Source of the DNA: an uncultured Planctomycetota bacterium
GTDB taxonomy: Bacteria > Planctomycetota > Planctomycetia > Pirellulales > Lacipirellulaceae
Length of the DNA stretch: 40,000 nt
Reading direction: 5' to 3'
Assembly (NCBI GenBank): GCA_963807935.1
Contig: CAWEDY010000004.1
Location: forward strand, 76,522 to 116,521
Part shown: positions 24,357 through 37,400 of the stretch, piece by piece
Numbering within the stretch: the first letter of the stretch is position 1
Layout: every line of letters starts with the position of its first letter
Translations under genes and position numbers: made by a program
The notes under the pieces: generated by a model
What the model was told of the DNA's origin: nothing
Database searches by the model: none
The model's input: the letters and a program-made list of their open reading frames with translations, nothing else

Positions 24357-25310
24357 ATGCCAGCACTTAATCAGCGCGCGTACGAGCTATGCAACGCGAT
24401 GGCCGCCGATGCGGAGCGGCTTGGGATCGCGGTCAGCATGCTTCCCTGCGGCACGCGGCTGATCGATTGCGGCGTGAAGGCGCCGGGCAGCATGGAAGCG
24501 GGCCGCCGGCTGGCGGAGGTTTGCATATCCGGTCTGGGGTCGGTCCGGATGATTGAAATCGACTCTGCTTACTTGCCGAGGAAGCGGGTGGAAGTCTCGC
24601 CGAATCCGACCGTTGCGGCATGCTTGGCATCGCAATACGCTGGCTGGGAAATTACCAGTGATGGCTTTTTCGCAATGGGCTCGGGGCCGATGCGAGCCGC
24701 CGCAGGCCGAGAGGAACTGTTCAATACGATCGGTCACCGAGAGCGGCCCGATGTGTGCGTTGGTGTGCTGGAGACTAGCAACTTCCCTCCGGACGATGTG
24801 TGTATCGACATTGCAGCCAAATGCGGCATAAAACCCGCCGGTCTGACGCTATTGGTCGCGCGAACGGCGAGTCCCGCCGGAATGGTGCAGATCGTGGCCC
24901 GCAGCGTCGAAACTGCTTTGCACAAACTGCATACGCTTAAATTTGATCTCGGCCGGATCGAATATGGTTTCGGAAATGCTCCTTTGCCGCCGGCGCCGAA
25001 GGACGATCTAACTGCGATCGGAAGAACAAACGACGCAATCCTTTACGGGGCATTTGTCGCCATTCTCGTTCACGGCGATGATGCTTCGCTCGCAGAGATT
25101 GGGCCGCACACACCGAGCAGTGCGTCGCCCGATTTCGGCCGTCCATTTACAGAGATTTTTGAGCACTACGGTCGCGATTTCTATCGGATTGACCCCGCGA
25201 TCTTCAGCCCTGCCGCGATTACGTTCTATAACTGCGACACGGGGAACTCGTTTCGATACGGGCACATGGCGCCAGAGGTGTTGGCCCAGTCGTTTGGCAG
25301 CACGAGCTAA
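24357..25310 (+). CDS. mch: Methenyltetrahydromethanopterin cyclohydrolase
   Basis: Mch-like throughout (LN.RA..L...M..........GT.IDCG, ACLASQYAGW, AMGSGP.RA, GRTNDAILYG). ATG 24357 is chosen; the track start 24105 is an upstream extension overlapping the previous gene. Confidence 0.88.
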   Translation: MPALNQRAYELCNAMAADAERLGIAVSMLPCGTRLIDCGVKAPGSMEAGRRLAEVCISGLGSVRMIEIDSAYLPRKRVEVSPNPTVAACLASQYAGWEITSDGFFAMGSGPMRAAAGREELFNTIGHRERPDVCVGVLETSNFPPDDVCIDIAAKCGIKPAGLTLLVARTASPAGMVQIVARSVETALHKLHTLKFDLGRIEYGFGNAPLPPAPKDDLTAIGRTNDAILYGAFVAILVHGDDASLAEIGPHTPSSASPDFGRPFTEIFEHYGRDFYRIDPAIFSPAAITFYNCDTGNSFRYGHMAPEVLAQSFGSTS

Positions 25311-25347
25311 ACCGCCCGCTGGTCGAGGGTTGTTGTCGCGCACAGCG

Positions 25348-27776
<2,429 letters not shown>

Positions 27777-27867
27777 GAATCCATCGCGTCGGCCGCTACG
27801 CCGAATTTAATGCAGGTTGGTTGAGATTTGGCATTGCTGCCAACGCCAAATCATTATTGCGCGTCGA

Positions 27868-28227
27868 TCAACCTGCCGATTCGATCGTGCTGTGCATGGA
27901 GCCGGTGCAGTTGCGGATGAGCTCATCCTTGCCGTAGGCCAGAATCTGGTCGCGCTTCAGTTCGGCGTGTTCCTTGGTTGTGGTGAGGACGATGACCTTG
28001 CCTTGCGTGTCGACAGTTTCGGCCATCTTATGGCACTCTTCGGGCGCGTGGCCGAAAAGTTCGTGAAGCATCCGCTCGACGTACTCGTACGAATGCGAGT
28101 CGCTGTCCCAGAGCACGACGTGATACCGGGGCACTTCGCGCTCCTTGCGTTGGGCCTTTTTCTTCGGTTCGGCAACCATTGTGGGCGCCTGCTCTTCTTC
28201 GGCGACGACGGTTTCTTCGGAATCCAT
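27868..28227 (-). CDS. clpS: ATP-dependent Clp protease adaptor ClpS
   Basis: PRYHVVLWDSDSHSYEYVERMLHELFGH..E.....A..V...G..V is the ClpS core. ATG 28227 is chosen. Confidence 0.9.
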   Translation of the reverse strand: MDSEETVVAEEEQAPTMVAEPKKKAQRKEREVPRYHVVLWDSDSHSYEYVERMLHELFGHAPEECHKMAETVDTQGKVIVLTTTKEHAELKRDQILAYGKDELIRNCTGSMHSTIESAG

Positions 28228-28288
28228 GGTTGCACCTGCGGAAGATTTGTAGGGTGGGCAGCACCCGCTACGATTCGCGGTAACCAAT

Positions 28289-28325
28289 GGTGGGCCGTAC
28301 CCACCGTACCGCCACCTGCGGTGGC
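28289..28325. repeat. Two adjacent GGTGG/CCACC hairpins in the clpS / M20 divergent spacer
   Basis: GGTGGG-CCGTA-CCCACC (28289-28305) and GCCACC-TGC-GGTGGC (28311-28325). CACCTGCGG also occurs at 28234-28242. Confidence 0.4.
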
Positions 28326-28386
28326 CTATCGGCTACCAACGCATTATATTGTACGCCCATTGGAACAACCAGAAAGCACCACCCCC

Positions 28387-29763
28387 ATGGACAGCGTAAA
28401 AACATACCTCCAGTCGCAACGAAAGGCGTTTGAAAACGACCTGGCGGAGCTGCTGCGGATCGCGAGCGTGAGCGCCGATTCGCGTCAGCGGGCAGAAACC
28501 CGACGGGCCGCCGAATGGGTCGCGGCGCAGTTCAATGAGCTTGGGCTTGCGACGGAGCTGATCTCGACGGGCGGCCACCCGCTCGTGTACGCGGAGTCGC
28601 CCGCCGTGCCGGAGAAGCCCGTTGCCCTGGTTTATGGCCACTACGACGTGCAGCCGCCGGAGCCGCTCGAGGAATGGATCAGCCCGCCGTTTGAGCCGAC
28701 CGTGCGAGACGGCAACATTTACGCTCGGGGCGCGACCGACGACAAAGGCCAAATGCTGACGCATGTGAAAAGCGTCGAGGGGTGGATCCGCACGGCGGGC
28801 AAGTTGCCATTGCAGGTGAAGTTTCTGATCGAGGGCGAAGAAGAGGTCGGCAGCGAGCATGTTACACCGTTTGTGAAGAAGCATCGCGACAAGCTGGCGT
28901 GCGATTGCGTAGTCATTAGCGATTGCGGTCAATTCGCGCCCGGCGTACCGGCGATCACGTATGGCCTGCGCGGCATCGCCTACTACGAGCTGCGGCTTCG
29001 TGGGCCGCGCCAGGATTTGCACTCGGGCACGTTCGGCGGGGCGGTGACGAATCCGGCCAATGCGCTGGTTGCGCTGCTGGCTGCGCTCAAAGGCCAGGAC
29101 GGCCGCATCCAAGTTCCCGGCTTTTACGACGATGTGGTTCCACTTACCGAGCGCGAACGGGAAGAATTTCGCGCATTGCCGCTGACAGATAAAGACTTCA
29201 TGCAGCAACTTGGCGTGAGCGGCCTGAGCGGCGAGGCGGGTTTTACGCCGCTGGAACGGCGCTGGGCGCGGCCGACGTGCGACATCAATGGATTAACGAG
29301 CGGATATCAGGGGGAAGGGGCAAAAACCGTGCTGCCTGCCCGCGCTAACGCCAAATTCAGCTTTCGGCTGGTGCCAAATCAAGATCCAAAAAAAATTGCC
29401 GCATCTCTGCGCAGGTTTCTCGAAGAGCGACTGCTACCGGGTATCGAGATGGAGCTGGTGGATCATCACGGCGCGCCGGGAGTGGTGATCTCGTTGGATA
29501 GCCCGTACATCCGTGCGGCGGCCGCAGCCATTGAAACCGGATTCGGTCGAGCGCCCGTGTATATCCGCGAAGGCGGCTCGATCCCGATCGTAAACACGTT
29601 TGCCCACGAGCTGGGGGCTGACGTGTTGCTGTTGGGCTGGGGTCAGAACGACGACAATACGCACAGCCCGAACGAAAAATTCTGCCTCGACGATTACCAT
29701 CGTGGCACGCTGGCAAGCGCGCAGCTTTGGGAAGAGCTTGCGAAGCTAAAAACCAGGGATTAA
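28387..29763 (+). CDS. M20-family metallopeptidase (dipeptidase / ArgE-DapE-like)
   Basis: YGHYDVQP..P...W..PPF.P....G.IYARGATDDKGQ, EGEEE.GS, and a C-terminal HSPNE motif. Homology begins at ATG 28387; the track ORF extends upstream to 27817. Confidence 0.85.
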   Translation: MDSVKTYLQSQRKAFENDLAELLRIASVSADSRQRAETRRAAEWVAAQFNELGLATELISTGGHPLVYAESPAVPEKPVALVYGHYDVQPPEPLEEWISPPFEPTVRDGNIYARGATDDKGQMLTHVKSVEGWIRTAGKLPLQVKFLIEGEEEVGSEHVTPFVKKHRDKLACDCVVISDCGQFAPGVPAITYGLRGIAYYELRLRGPRQDLHSGTFGGAVTNPANALVALLAALKGQDGRIQVPGFYDDVVPLTEREREEFRALPLTDKDFMQQLGVSGLSGEAGFTPLERRWARPTCDINGLTSGYQGEGAKTVLPARANAKFSFRLVPNQDPKKIAASLRRFLEERLLPGIEMELVDHHGAPGVVISLDSPYIRAAAAAIETGFGRAPVYIREGGSIPIVNTFAHELGADVLLLGWGQNDDNTHSPNEKFCLDDYHRGTLASAQLWEELAKLKTRD

Positions 29764-29846
29764 CCGCCGAGAAGGCAAAGTACGCGAAGGTACCGAAGTG
29801 ACTTTGCATTTGCATTTCTTGGCGTATTTGGCCGTTCAATTTCATT

Positions 29847-31133
29847 ATGCTTGATAAACGATTCATACTCGAGTATCCGCAAGCGGTTCAGGAGAACTGC
29901 GACCGCCGTGGCGTGAAGGTTGATGTTGCGCGGTTCGTGGAGCTCGAGTCGCAGCGGCGGCGGTTGCAGGCAGATGTCGAGGAGCTTTCGCGTCAAGCGA
30001 ATTTGGTGAGCAAATCGATCGGACAGGCGAAGGACGATGCAGAGCGAAACGCGCGGAAGGATGAAGGGCGACGGCTACGAGAAAAGAAGGAGCAGATCGA
30101 AGAGGAAATGCAGCGGCTCGCGGCCGAGGCCGCGGTGATCCACAACGCGATGCCGAACATGTCGCATCCGGAAGCGCCCGTCGGCGGCGAAGATGCAAGC
30201 AAGGAGCTGCGTCATGGAAATGCCGATGTCCGGCCGCTGGGCTTTCCAGTGCTCGATCATGTCGCGCTGGCTGAACAGCACAATTTGATCGATTTCGAAG
30301 GCGGCGCCCGAGTGGCGGGGCACGGTTTTTACTTCCTTAAGTACGAAGCAGCCCTATTGGAACTCGCACTGCAACACTACGCGTTGGAAGTTTTGGTGCG
30401 CGAGGGCTTCACGCCGATGGTGACGCCCGATTTGGCCCGCGGCGACGTGCTGAAGGGGATCGGCTTCATTCCGCGCGGGCCGGAGACACAGATCTACAGC
30501 ATCGAGAATCATGACCTGAATCTGGTGGCGACGGCAGAGATCACGCTCGGCGGGCTGTACGCAGGGCAGGTCTTGGAAGCCGAACAACTGCCGATCAAGT
30601 TGTGCGGGATCAGCCACTGCTTTCGCACCGAGGCGGGGGCGGCCGGGCGGGCGTCGCGCGGGTTGTATCGCGTTCACCAGTTCACGAAGGTCGAGATGTT
30701 CGCGTTCACTTTGCCGGAGCAAAGCGAGGACGTACATAATTATTTCCGCGATCTGGAGTGCGAAATCTTCGACGGCCTGGGCATTCCGTACCGTGTGCTC
30801 GACATCGCCACGGGCGACCTTGGCGGCCCGGCCTATCGCAAATACGATCTGGAAGCCTGGATGCCCGGCCGCGGCACGGCGGGTGAGTACGGAGAAGTCA
30901 CCAGCGCATCGAACTGCACCGACTACCAATCGCGCCGGCTCGATATTCGCTACAAAGTGAAAGGCGAGAAGGGGACGAACCTGGTGCACACGCTCAACGG
31001 CACCGCCGTGGCGATTAGTCGGGCGCTGATTGCCATCCTCGAGAATTATCAGCAAGCCGACGGGTCGATTTTGATTCCCGAGGTACTTCGCAAATGGGTC
31101 GGCAAAGAGCGCATCGGCGGGAACGGGCGGTGA
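29847..31133 (+). CDS. serS: Serine--tRNA ligase
   Basis: MLDKRFI.. N-terminal coiled-coil arm. Class II motifs CFRTEAG, YRVHQFTKVE, NGTAVAISRALIAILENYQ. Confidence 0.95.
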   Translation: MLDKRFILEYPQAVQENCDRRGVKVDVARFVELESQRRRLQADVEELSRQANLVSKSIGQAKDDAERNARKDEGRRLREKKEQIEEEMQRLAAEAAVIHNAMPNMSHPEAPVGGEDASKELRHGNADVRPLGFPVLDHVALAEQHNLIDFEGGARVAGHGFYFLKYEAALLELALQHYALEVLVREGFTPMVTPDLARGDVLKGIGFIPRGPETQIYSIENHDLNLVATAEITLGGLYAGQVLEAEQLPIKLCGISHCFRTEAGAAGRASRGLYRVHQFTKVEMFAFTLPEQSEDVHNYFRDLECEIFDGLGIPYRVLDIATGDLGGPAYRKYDLEAWMPGRGTAGEYGEVTSASNCTDYQSRRLDIRYKVKGEKGTNLVHTLNGTAVAISRALIAILENYQQADGSILIPEVLRKWVGKERIGGNGR

Positions 31134-31227
31134 ACTCCATCATCGGACTGAGTCTGGCGGCGCCTGCGCGTGGGGCCAGGGCCAGCAAATCCCGAATTCC
31201 GGAAATAAACACGATCGCCGGTTTACA

Positions 31228-32082
31228 CTACAACCGGCAATTGGTGATCGTCGTTTCGAGAATCGCCGTAGCTCCGAGCCTTTCGAGGCGTTCCATGATC
31301 TCAATCACTTCGCTGCGTTTGACCATCGCGCGGATGGCGAACCAGCCGGTTTCTTCGAGCTTGGAAATCGTGGGCGATTCGAACCCGGGTGTGATCTTTT
31401 CCGCGTCGCGTAGCTTCGACTCGGGCACGTTGTATTCCAGCAGTGAATAGCTGCGGGCGATGACGACGCCTTCCAGGCGGCGGACGACGCGGTCGGCCAA
31501 CGGTGCGTGGCGCGTCGTTGGGTTTTGAACGAGGGTGGCTTCGTACCGGCCGATCTCGTCGAGCACGACGAGCCGATTGGCGGCGAGCGTGCTGCCGGTT
31601 TCCACGAGATCGACGATCGCATCGGCCACGCCCAGCGCGATCATCACTTCGACCGAGCCGGTGAGTTCGACGATGTGGGCGGCGACTTGGCGGCGATCGA
31701 GATAGGCCTGCGTGACGCGTGGGAAACTCGTGGCAATGCGGCGGCCCGCGAGGTCCGTTGGCGTACGAATCTCGCTCTCTTCGGGCACGCAGATCGCAAG
31801 CTGCCAATTGCCCATCCCCAATGACAGCCGGTTAACCAGGTCAACGCCCGTTTCTGCAATGAGATCGCCGCCGGTGATGCCCATGTCGATCGCGCCTTCG
31901 GCGCAGAGGACGGGAATGTCGTCGGTGCGGAGAAACGTGATTTCGACCGGCATGCCGCGGACGCGGGCGAAGAGGCTGCGTTCCTGCCGCCGGAATTTGA
32001 GGCCGGCGGCAATCAGCAGCTCGGCCGCCATCTCGGCCAAGCGGCCCTTGCTCGGAATGCCAATGCGAAGGTTATCCGACAT
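31228..32082 (-). CDS. hisG: ATP phosphoribosyltransferase, long form with C-terminal regulatory domain
   Basis: LRIGIPSKGRL, DIPVLCAEGAIDMGITG.D, DLVETGSTL, 284 aa. Confidence 0.93.
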   Translation of the reverse strand: MSDNLRIGIPSKGRLAEMAAELLIAAGLKFRRQERSLFARVRGMPVEITFLRTDDIPVLCAEGAIDMGITGGDLIAETGVDLVNRLSLGMGNWQLAICVPEESEIRTPTDLAGRRIATSFPRVTQAYLDRRQVAAHIVELTGSVEVMIALGVADAIVDLVETGSTLAANRLVVLDEIGRYEATLVQNPTTRHAPLADRVVRRLEGVVIARSYSLLEYNVPESKLRDAEKITPGFESPTISKLEETGWFAIRAMVKRSEVIEIMERLERLGATAILETTITNCRL

Positions 32083-32087
32083 AGAGA

Positions 32088-32165
32088 GGATTCAGGATGC
32101 GGGATGCCGGGTACAGAGCCGGAAATCGAATGCTTCTACTAACGCCTTACGCCTTATGCCTTTTT
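32088..32165. repeat. Adjacent heptamer arrays of both families in the hisE-hisG spacer
   Basis: 32088: GGATTCA GGATGCG GGATGCC GGGTACA. 32138: ACTAACG CCTTACG CCTTATG CCTTTTT. The second array overlaps the last hisE codons. Confidence 0.6.
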
Positions 32166-32485
32166 GTTTTTTCCTCTAAACCAGAGACGCCGAAACGACG
32201 GGCAAGTTCGGCCTCCAGGTCGGCGAGCGAGCATTTTTGCTGCTGCATCAGCACCATCAGGTGGTACACCAGGTCGCCGACCTCGCGAAGAAAGTGTTCG
32301 CGGCCAGCTTTGCCGGGCTCGCCGGCGGCCTCCACCACTTCGGCGGCTTCTTCCACGATCTTGGCGCCCATCATCTCGACGCCGCCGGCCAGGAGCTGGC
32401 TGGTGTACGATTTCTCGGTCGGATTGGCTGCCCGGGCTGCGATCGTGCGTTCCAATTTATCGAGCGGTTGCGGTGCGTCGGTCAT
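32147..32485 (-). CDS. hisE: Phosphoribosyl-ATP pyrophosphatase
   Basis: L..LE..I..R......SYT..L...G......K..EEA.E...A and DL.YH..VL. 112 aa, immediately upstream of hisG on the same strand. Confidence 0.9.
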   Translation of the reverse strand: MTDAPQPLDKLERTIAARAANPTEKSYTSQLLAGGVEMMGAKIVEEAAEVVEAAGEPGKAGREHFLREVGDLVYHLMVLMQQQKCSLADLEAELARRFGVSGLEEKTKRHKA

Positions 32486-32593
32486 GAAGCCTCATCTTCC
32501 CCTGCGGCGTGTCGCTCACCAGAATAAACGTGCAGATAGTTTAGGTTTGATGTAGCTAAACTGCAAGCGACTGGCGGTGCATAACGGATATTG

Positions 32594-33529
32594 ATGTCTG
32601 AATTGTTTGATGGTTGCTGGTTTCTTACGGGGGCCACCGCCGTCGGCAAGACGGCAGTGGGCATTGCGCTTGCGCGGCGGATCGGGGCGGAGATCGTGTC
32701 ACTCGATTCGATGGCGATCTATCGCGGAATGGATATCGGCACCGCAAAGCCCTCGCGCGCAGCGGGCGGCCGTGCCGCATCATTTGGTGGACATTGTGGA
32801 TCCGAGCGCCGAATTCAGCGTCGCCCAATACATCGAGTCAGCCAAGGCAGCGGTGGCAGACATTCGCTTTCGTGGAAAGGAATCGCTGTTCGTCGGCGGC
32901 ACGCCGTTGTATCTAAAAAGCTTGTTGCGTGGTTTGTTCGATGGCCCGCCCGCCGATTGGCAGCTTCGGCACGACATCGAGGAAGAACTGGCACATGTCG
33001 GCCAAGCGGCATTATATGAACGGCTGGTGCAGGTTGACCCGGTGGCCGCATCGCACATTGATCCGCACGACACGCGCAGGCTGATCCGTGCGTTGGAGGT
33101 TTTTGCGCAACCGGCGAGCCGATCAGTCATCAGCAATCGCAATTTGAAGAAGGCCGGCCGGCGGAGCAGTGCCGCGTGTTTGTGCTGCGCCGCCGCCGCG
33201 AGGAGCTGCACACGCGGATCGAAGGGCGCGTCGAGGCAATGATCGAATGCGGACTTGTGGACGAGGTGCGCGGGCTCACGTCGAATGGTCGCCAACTTAG
33301 TCGAACCGCGCGGCAAGCCGTAGGCTACCGGGAGGCACTGGCGTACCTGGATGATGAATACGATCGCGAGGAAATGATTGCCCACGTCAAAGCCCGCACG
33401 CGGCGCTTCGCCAAGCGGCAGGGCACCTGGTTTCGGAGCTTGAGCGAATGCCGATTTTTAGACGTCGTGGGCGAGGTGGATGCGGAGGCCGTCTCCGAAA
33501 CGATTGCTAAGCACGGCGCGGTCACTTGA
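32594..33529 (+). pseudogene. miaA: tRNA dimethylallyltransferase interrupted by two compensating frameshifts
   Basis: P-loop [27 protein letters not shown] | [16 protein letters not shown] ... ALEVFAQ | TGEPIS..LRRRREELH.RIE.R...M...G..DEV. Frame changes at about 32752-32758 (CGCGCGC run) and about 33107-33110 (AA run). Confidence 0.85.
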
Positions 33530-33643
33530 TGTCACAACGACTAAGCTCTGATTTGGCGGCCATGCTGGTGGTGGGAAGGTGTCGTCGCGGCGCCGTGATC
33601 GAAATGGGTTTCACGCCCCAAACCTCCCCCAAATCTAAATTGG

Positions 33644-34351
33644 CTACTTTTCGCGAAACTTCTTCGGAAACAGCAGCGAGCGCTTCATCTTCATGATCGA
33701 GTCGGTGAGGTTGATGTTTTTGGGGCAGGCGGCAACGCAATTGAACTGGGTGTGACAGCGCCAGACGCCGTTATCGTCGTTGAGGACCGCTAAGCGGTCG
33801 TCGACGTTGCCGTCGCGCGGGTCGAGCAGGCGGAGCATGGCGCGATTGATCGCAGCGGGGCCCAGGTACGCCTCGTTGCTGCCGACAATTCCGCACACGC
33901 TGTAGCAGGCGCCGCAGGTGATGCAGTCACGCTTGACCAGGGCCTGCTTGCCGAACTCGCTGTCGGGACGCACGATGGCGAGCTCTTTGGAGGCTTTGTT
34001 CTTGGGGTGCAGTGCCGGCCGGACTTTTTTCCACTTGGCGAAGAATGGGCCGAGATCGACGACGAGATCTTTCGCCACGGGAAGCGATGCAAGCGGTTCG
34101 ATCGTGATGGATTCTGCGTTAAGCGTTTCCACGCGTGTCTGGCAGGCCAGCCGCGGCATCCAATTGATCCGCATGGCGCACGTGCCGCACATGCCGACGC
34201 GGCAGGAGCAGCGGAACGAAAGACTCGGATCGTGCTCGCGTTGAATGATGAACAATGCATCGAGCACCGTCATCCGGCTGTCGAGCTCGAGCGTGAAGTG
34301 CGCTGGCGCATTCGCATCGGAGCGCGCGAGCTTGAAACGGTATGTGGCCAT
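33644..34351 (-). CDS. sdhB: Succinate dehydrogenase / fumarate reductase iron-sulfur subunit homolog
   Basis: [2Fe-2S] CSCRVGMCGTCAM..(11)..C, [4Fe-4S] CITCGACYSVC, [3Fe-4S]/[4Fe-4S] CHTQFNCVAACPKNI. Confidence 0.85.
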   Translation of the reverse strand: MATYRFKLARSDANAPAHFTLELDSRMTVLDALFIIQREHDPSLSFRCSCRVGMCGTCAMRINWMPRLACQTRVETLNAESITIEPLASLPVAKDLVVDLGPFFAKWKKVRPALHPKNKASKELAIVRPDSEFGKQALVKRDCITCGACYSVCGIVGSNEAYLGPAAINRAMLRLLDPRDGNVDDRLAVLNDDNGVWRCHTQFNCVAACPKNINLTDSIMKMKRSLLFPKKFREK

Positions 34352-34465
34352 GATCCGCCGGTTGAAAATCGAAAGTTGAACGTTTAGAGTATAACATAGA
34401 TTAGCCGTCGTTTGATCCCGCCTTTCTCCCTCCTTTCGGCCGTCCGCCCGCGGTTATCTCCGGCC

Positions 34466-37400
34466 ATGCGTTGTTTCATCATCTTGCAATTAGTATTATC
34501 GGTCGCTGCTTTCGCCTCTAGCGCTCGTGCGCAGCCACTCATTGCGGATACCCCGCCACTGACGCCGACGGAGGAGCAGAAGAAATTCCATTTGCCGCCG
34601 GGCTTCGAAATTCAACTGGTGGCACAGGAGCCGCAAATTCATAAGCCGATGAACATGAAGTTCGATGCCCACGGCCGACTGTGGGTAACGCACAGCTTGG
34701 AGTATCCGTTTCCCGCTAAGTCCGACGAAAAGGCCCGCGACGCGATCAGCATCTTCAGCGAATTCAGCGCGGATGGACGAGCGCAGAAAGTCGAGCGTTT
34801 TGCCGAGCACTTGAATATCCCCATCGGCGTTTTGCCGCTAAGCGACAAAGAAGCGTTGGCCTGGTCGATTCCCAACATTTGCCGGCTGGTGGATTCGGAC
34901 GGCGACGGCGTGGCGGATAAAAAGTCCGTTGTATTTGGTCCGTTCGGAGTCACCGATACACACGGCGATCAAAACGCGTTCACGCGGTGGATCGACGGCT
35001 GGGTGTATGCCAACCACGGCTTCAACAACCACAGCCACGTCAAACTAGGCGGCAAAGGTCCCGACGTGCTCCACATGCAGTCTGGAAACACGTATCGCTT
35101 TCGACCAGACGGCACAGCCATCGAGCAGTACAGTTGGGGACAAGTGAATCCGTTCGGACTGAGTTTCGATCCGCTTGGAAATTTGTATTCAGCCGATTGC
35201 CACTCGTCGGCCGTTACGCTGCTGCTGCGAGAAGGTTACTACCAAAGCTTTGGCAAGCCGCACGACGGCTTGGGATTCGCGCCCGAAATAACGCACATCG
35301 ATCACGGTGGCACCGGCATCGCCGGCGTCGTGTACAGCACGCTGCCAACATATCCGCCCGAATATCGGGATGTGCTGTTCGTGGGCAACGTGATCACGAA
35401 TCGCGTGCATTGCGATCGACTGAAATGGACCGGTTCAACGCCGATCGTGAGCAAGGTCGAGAATCTTCTCACCAGCGACGACCCCTGGTTCCGGCCGGTG
35501 GACATGCAGCCGGGTCCGGACGGGGCGCTTTACCTGGCCGATTTCTACAACTGTATCATCGGGCATTACGAGGTCCCGTTGACGCATCCCAAGCGGGATC
35601 GCGAGCGCGGACGTATATGGCGAATTGTGTACAAGGGCCAGCCTAATGAACGAGCATCGGTTGAGCGAAAACACTCGATGCCGGACTTGCCGGCGCTCGA
35701 TGCCGCTTCGCTTTTCGGCCTGCTCGCCGATCCGAATCAGACCGTCCGAGTGCTGGCCACGAACTACCTTGTCGATCACTTTCCCAAGGAAGCGGCCGCG
35801 ATGTCGAGCAAGCTACTATTCAAAGATTTGGCTGGCAGTTCGCAGGACGACCTCCATGGTACGCCCGAATCGACGCAAGCTTGTCACGCCGTTTGGTTGT
35901 TGCAACGGACGTCTGGCATATCGGAACCCATAGGCCGCAAGCTTTTTACAACGAGCGAGCCGGCGAATGTGCAGGTTCATGCGGCTAAAGCACTCGGCGA
36001 GACGGCCGATTGGCGGCATTGGCAGTTCGATGTGTTGCGAGCCGCGCTGAAGGACGCGGACCCGTTTGTTCGTCGTGCTGCCGCGGAAGCCCTTTCCAAG
36101 CATCCGGCGATTGAAAATATCTCACCGCTGCTGGCGTTGTTGAACGCGACCGACCCGCAAGATGCGCAGCTCTACCACGAGATTCGCATCGCATTGCGCG
36201 ACCAATTGCGAAGCCCCGCGGTCGCGGATCATTTGTTGACGCTCAACCTGCCGCCCAAAGATAGCAAACAACTTGTCGCATTCGCGGCCACGGCCCCCAC
36301 CGGTCCGGCAGCGATCTTGGTCTTTGACGAAGCGCTACGCGGCCGCATCAGCGACGAAGTGCTCGCCAAAGCCCTGCCGTCGGCGGCCCGGTATGTCGAT
36401 GCGACTCGCGTCGATGCGATGGTGGGTGTCCTGCAGAAAAGGTTTGCAGGGAACGCGATTCAAGAAATCTCATTGCTGCGATCGTTGGCCGAGGGCATGA
36501 CCGAACGCGGGCTTCCGCTCACCGGAAAGCTGCGTTCGACCTTGAGCGGGCTCATTCGCACTACGCTTGCGGACGATTCGAAGATTGAATGGTACAACAC
36601 GCCGTTAATGGGTTACCAGTCGACACCCAGCCCGTGGACACCACAGCGGCGAGCATACCGCGATGGGAGCTCAGTCCCGATGATGAGTTCGCTTCCGGCG
36701 GGAGGCGAGCGTTTGGGTGGCGTGCTTCGCAGTCCCGTGTTTAGACTGCCGGCCAGACTTAGCTTCTGGATGTGCGGACACAATGGACCGCCAGGCGAGA
36801 ACGACCGGAAACAAAACTATGTGCGGCTGGTGCTGGAAGGCGGCGCCGAAATCGCGCAGCTATCCGCCGCGCGACGACATCGCACATCGCTTCGACTGGA
36901 ACTTGTCGCAGTATGCGAACCAATCCGGTCACGTGGAGGTCGTCGACGGCATGACAGATCTGGATGGCTTTGCCTGGATCGCCGTCTCGCGCTTTGAGCC
37001 GGCGGTGATATCTGTGCCCAATCGTCCGATCGGCGAGGCCGGCACATATCGCGCAGATTTGTTTCGGCTAGCCGGGCAGCTTAAGCTGAACTCGCTCGCA
37101 AATGAAATGGCGGCTGCGGCCGAGTCGCCGAGCGAGAAACTCGTGTCTCGCTTGGGGGCTTGTGAAGCGCTACTGATGCTCGATCCAAATCGGGCGGTGC
37201 CGCCGCTAACTCGGATTCTGGCCGATTCGAGTGTGCCGACCGCTGCCCGCGAGCAAGCGGCACAGCAGCTTGGTCGCATCGATCGGACGAATGCCCGTGC
37301 CGCGCTGCTGGCACAATTGAAGTCGGCGCCGGAATCGGTGGCCGTCATCATAGGGGCGGGGTTGGCGGGCAACCGGGATTCCGCCGCAGCCCTGCTAAAG

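Noticed and set aside
27817-28386. 190-codon N-terminal extension of the M20 peptidase ORF
   Set aside because: The extension runs antisense through clpS and the hairpin-rich spacer and has no peptidase similarity. Homology starts at ATG 28387.
29764-29846. Second copy of the lysC-upstream element in front of serS
   Set aside because: Similarity is limited to low-complexity TTGCATTTGCATTT and TTCAATT motifs with no terminal inverted repeats. It is mentioned under the element finding but not called as a feature.
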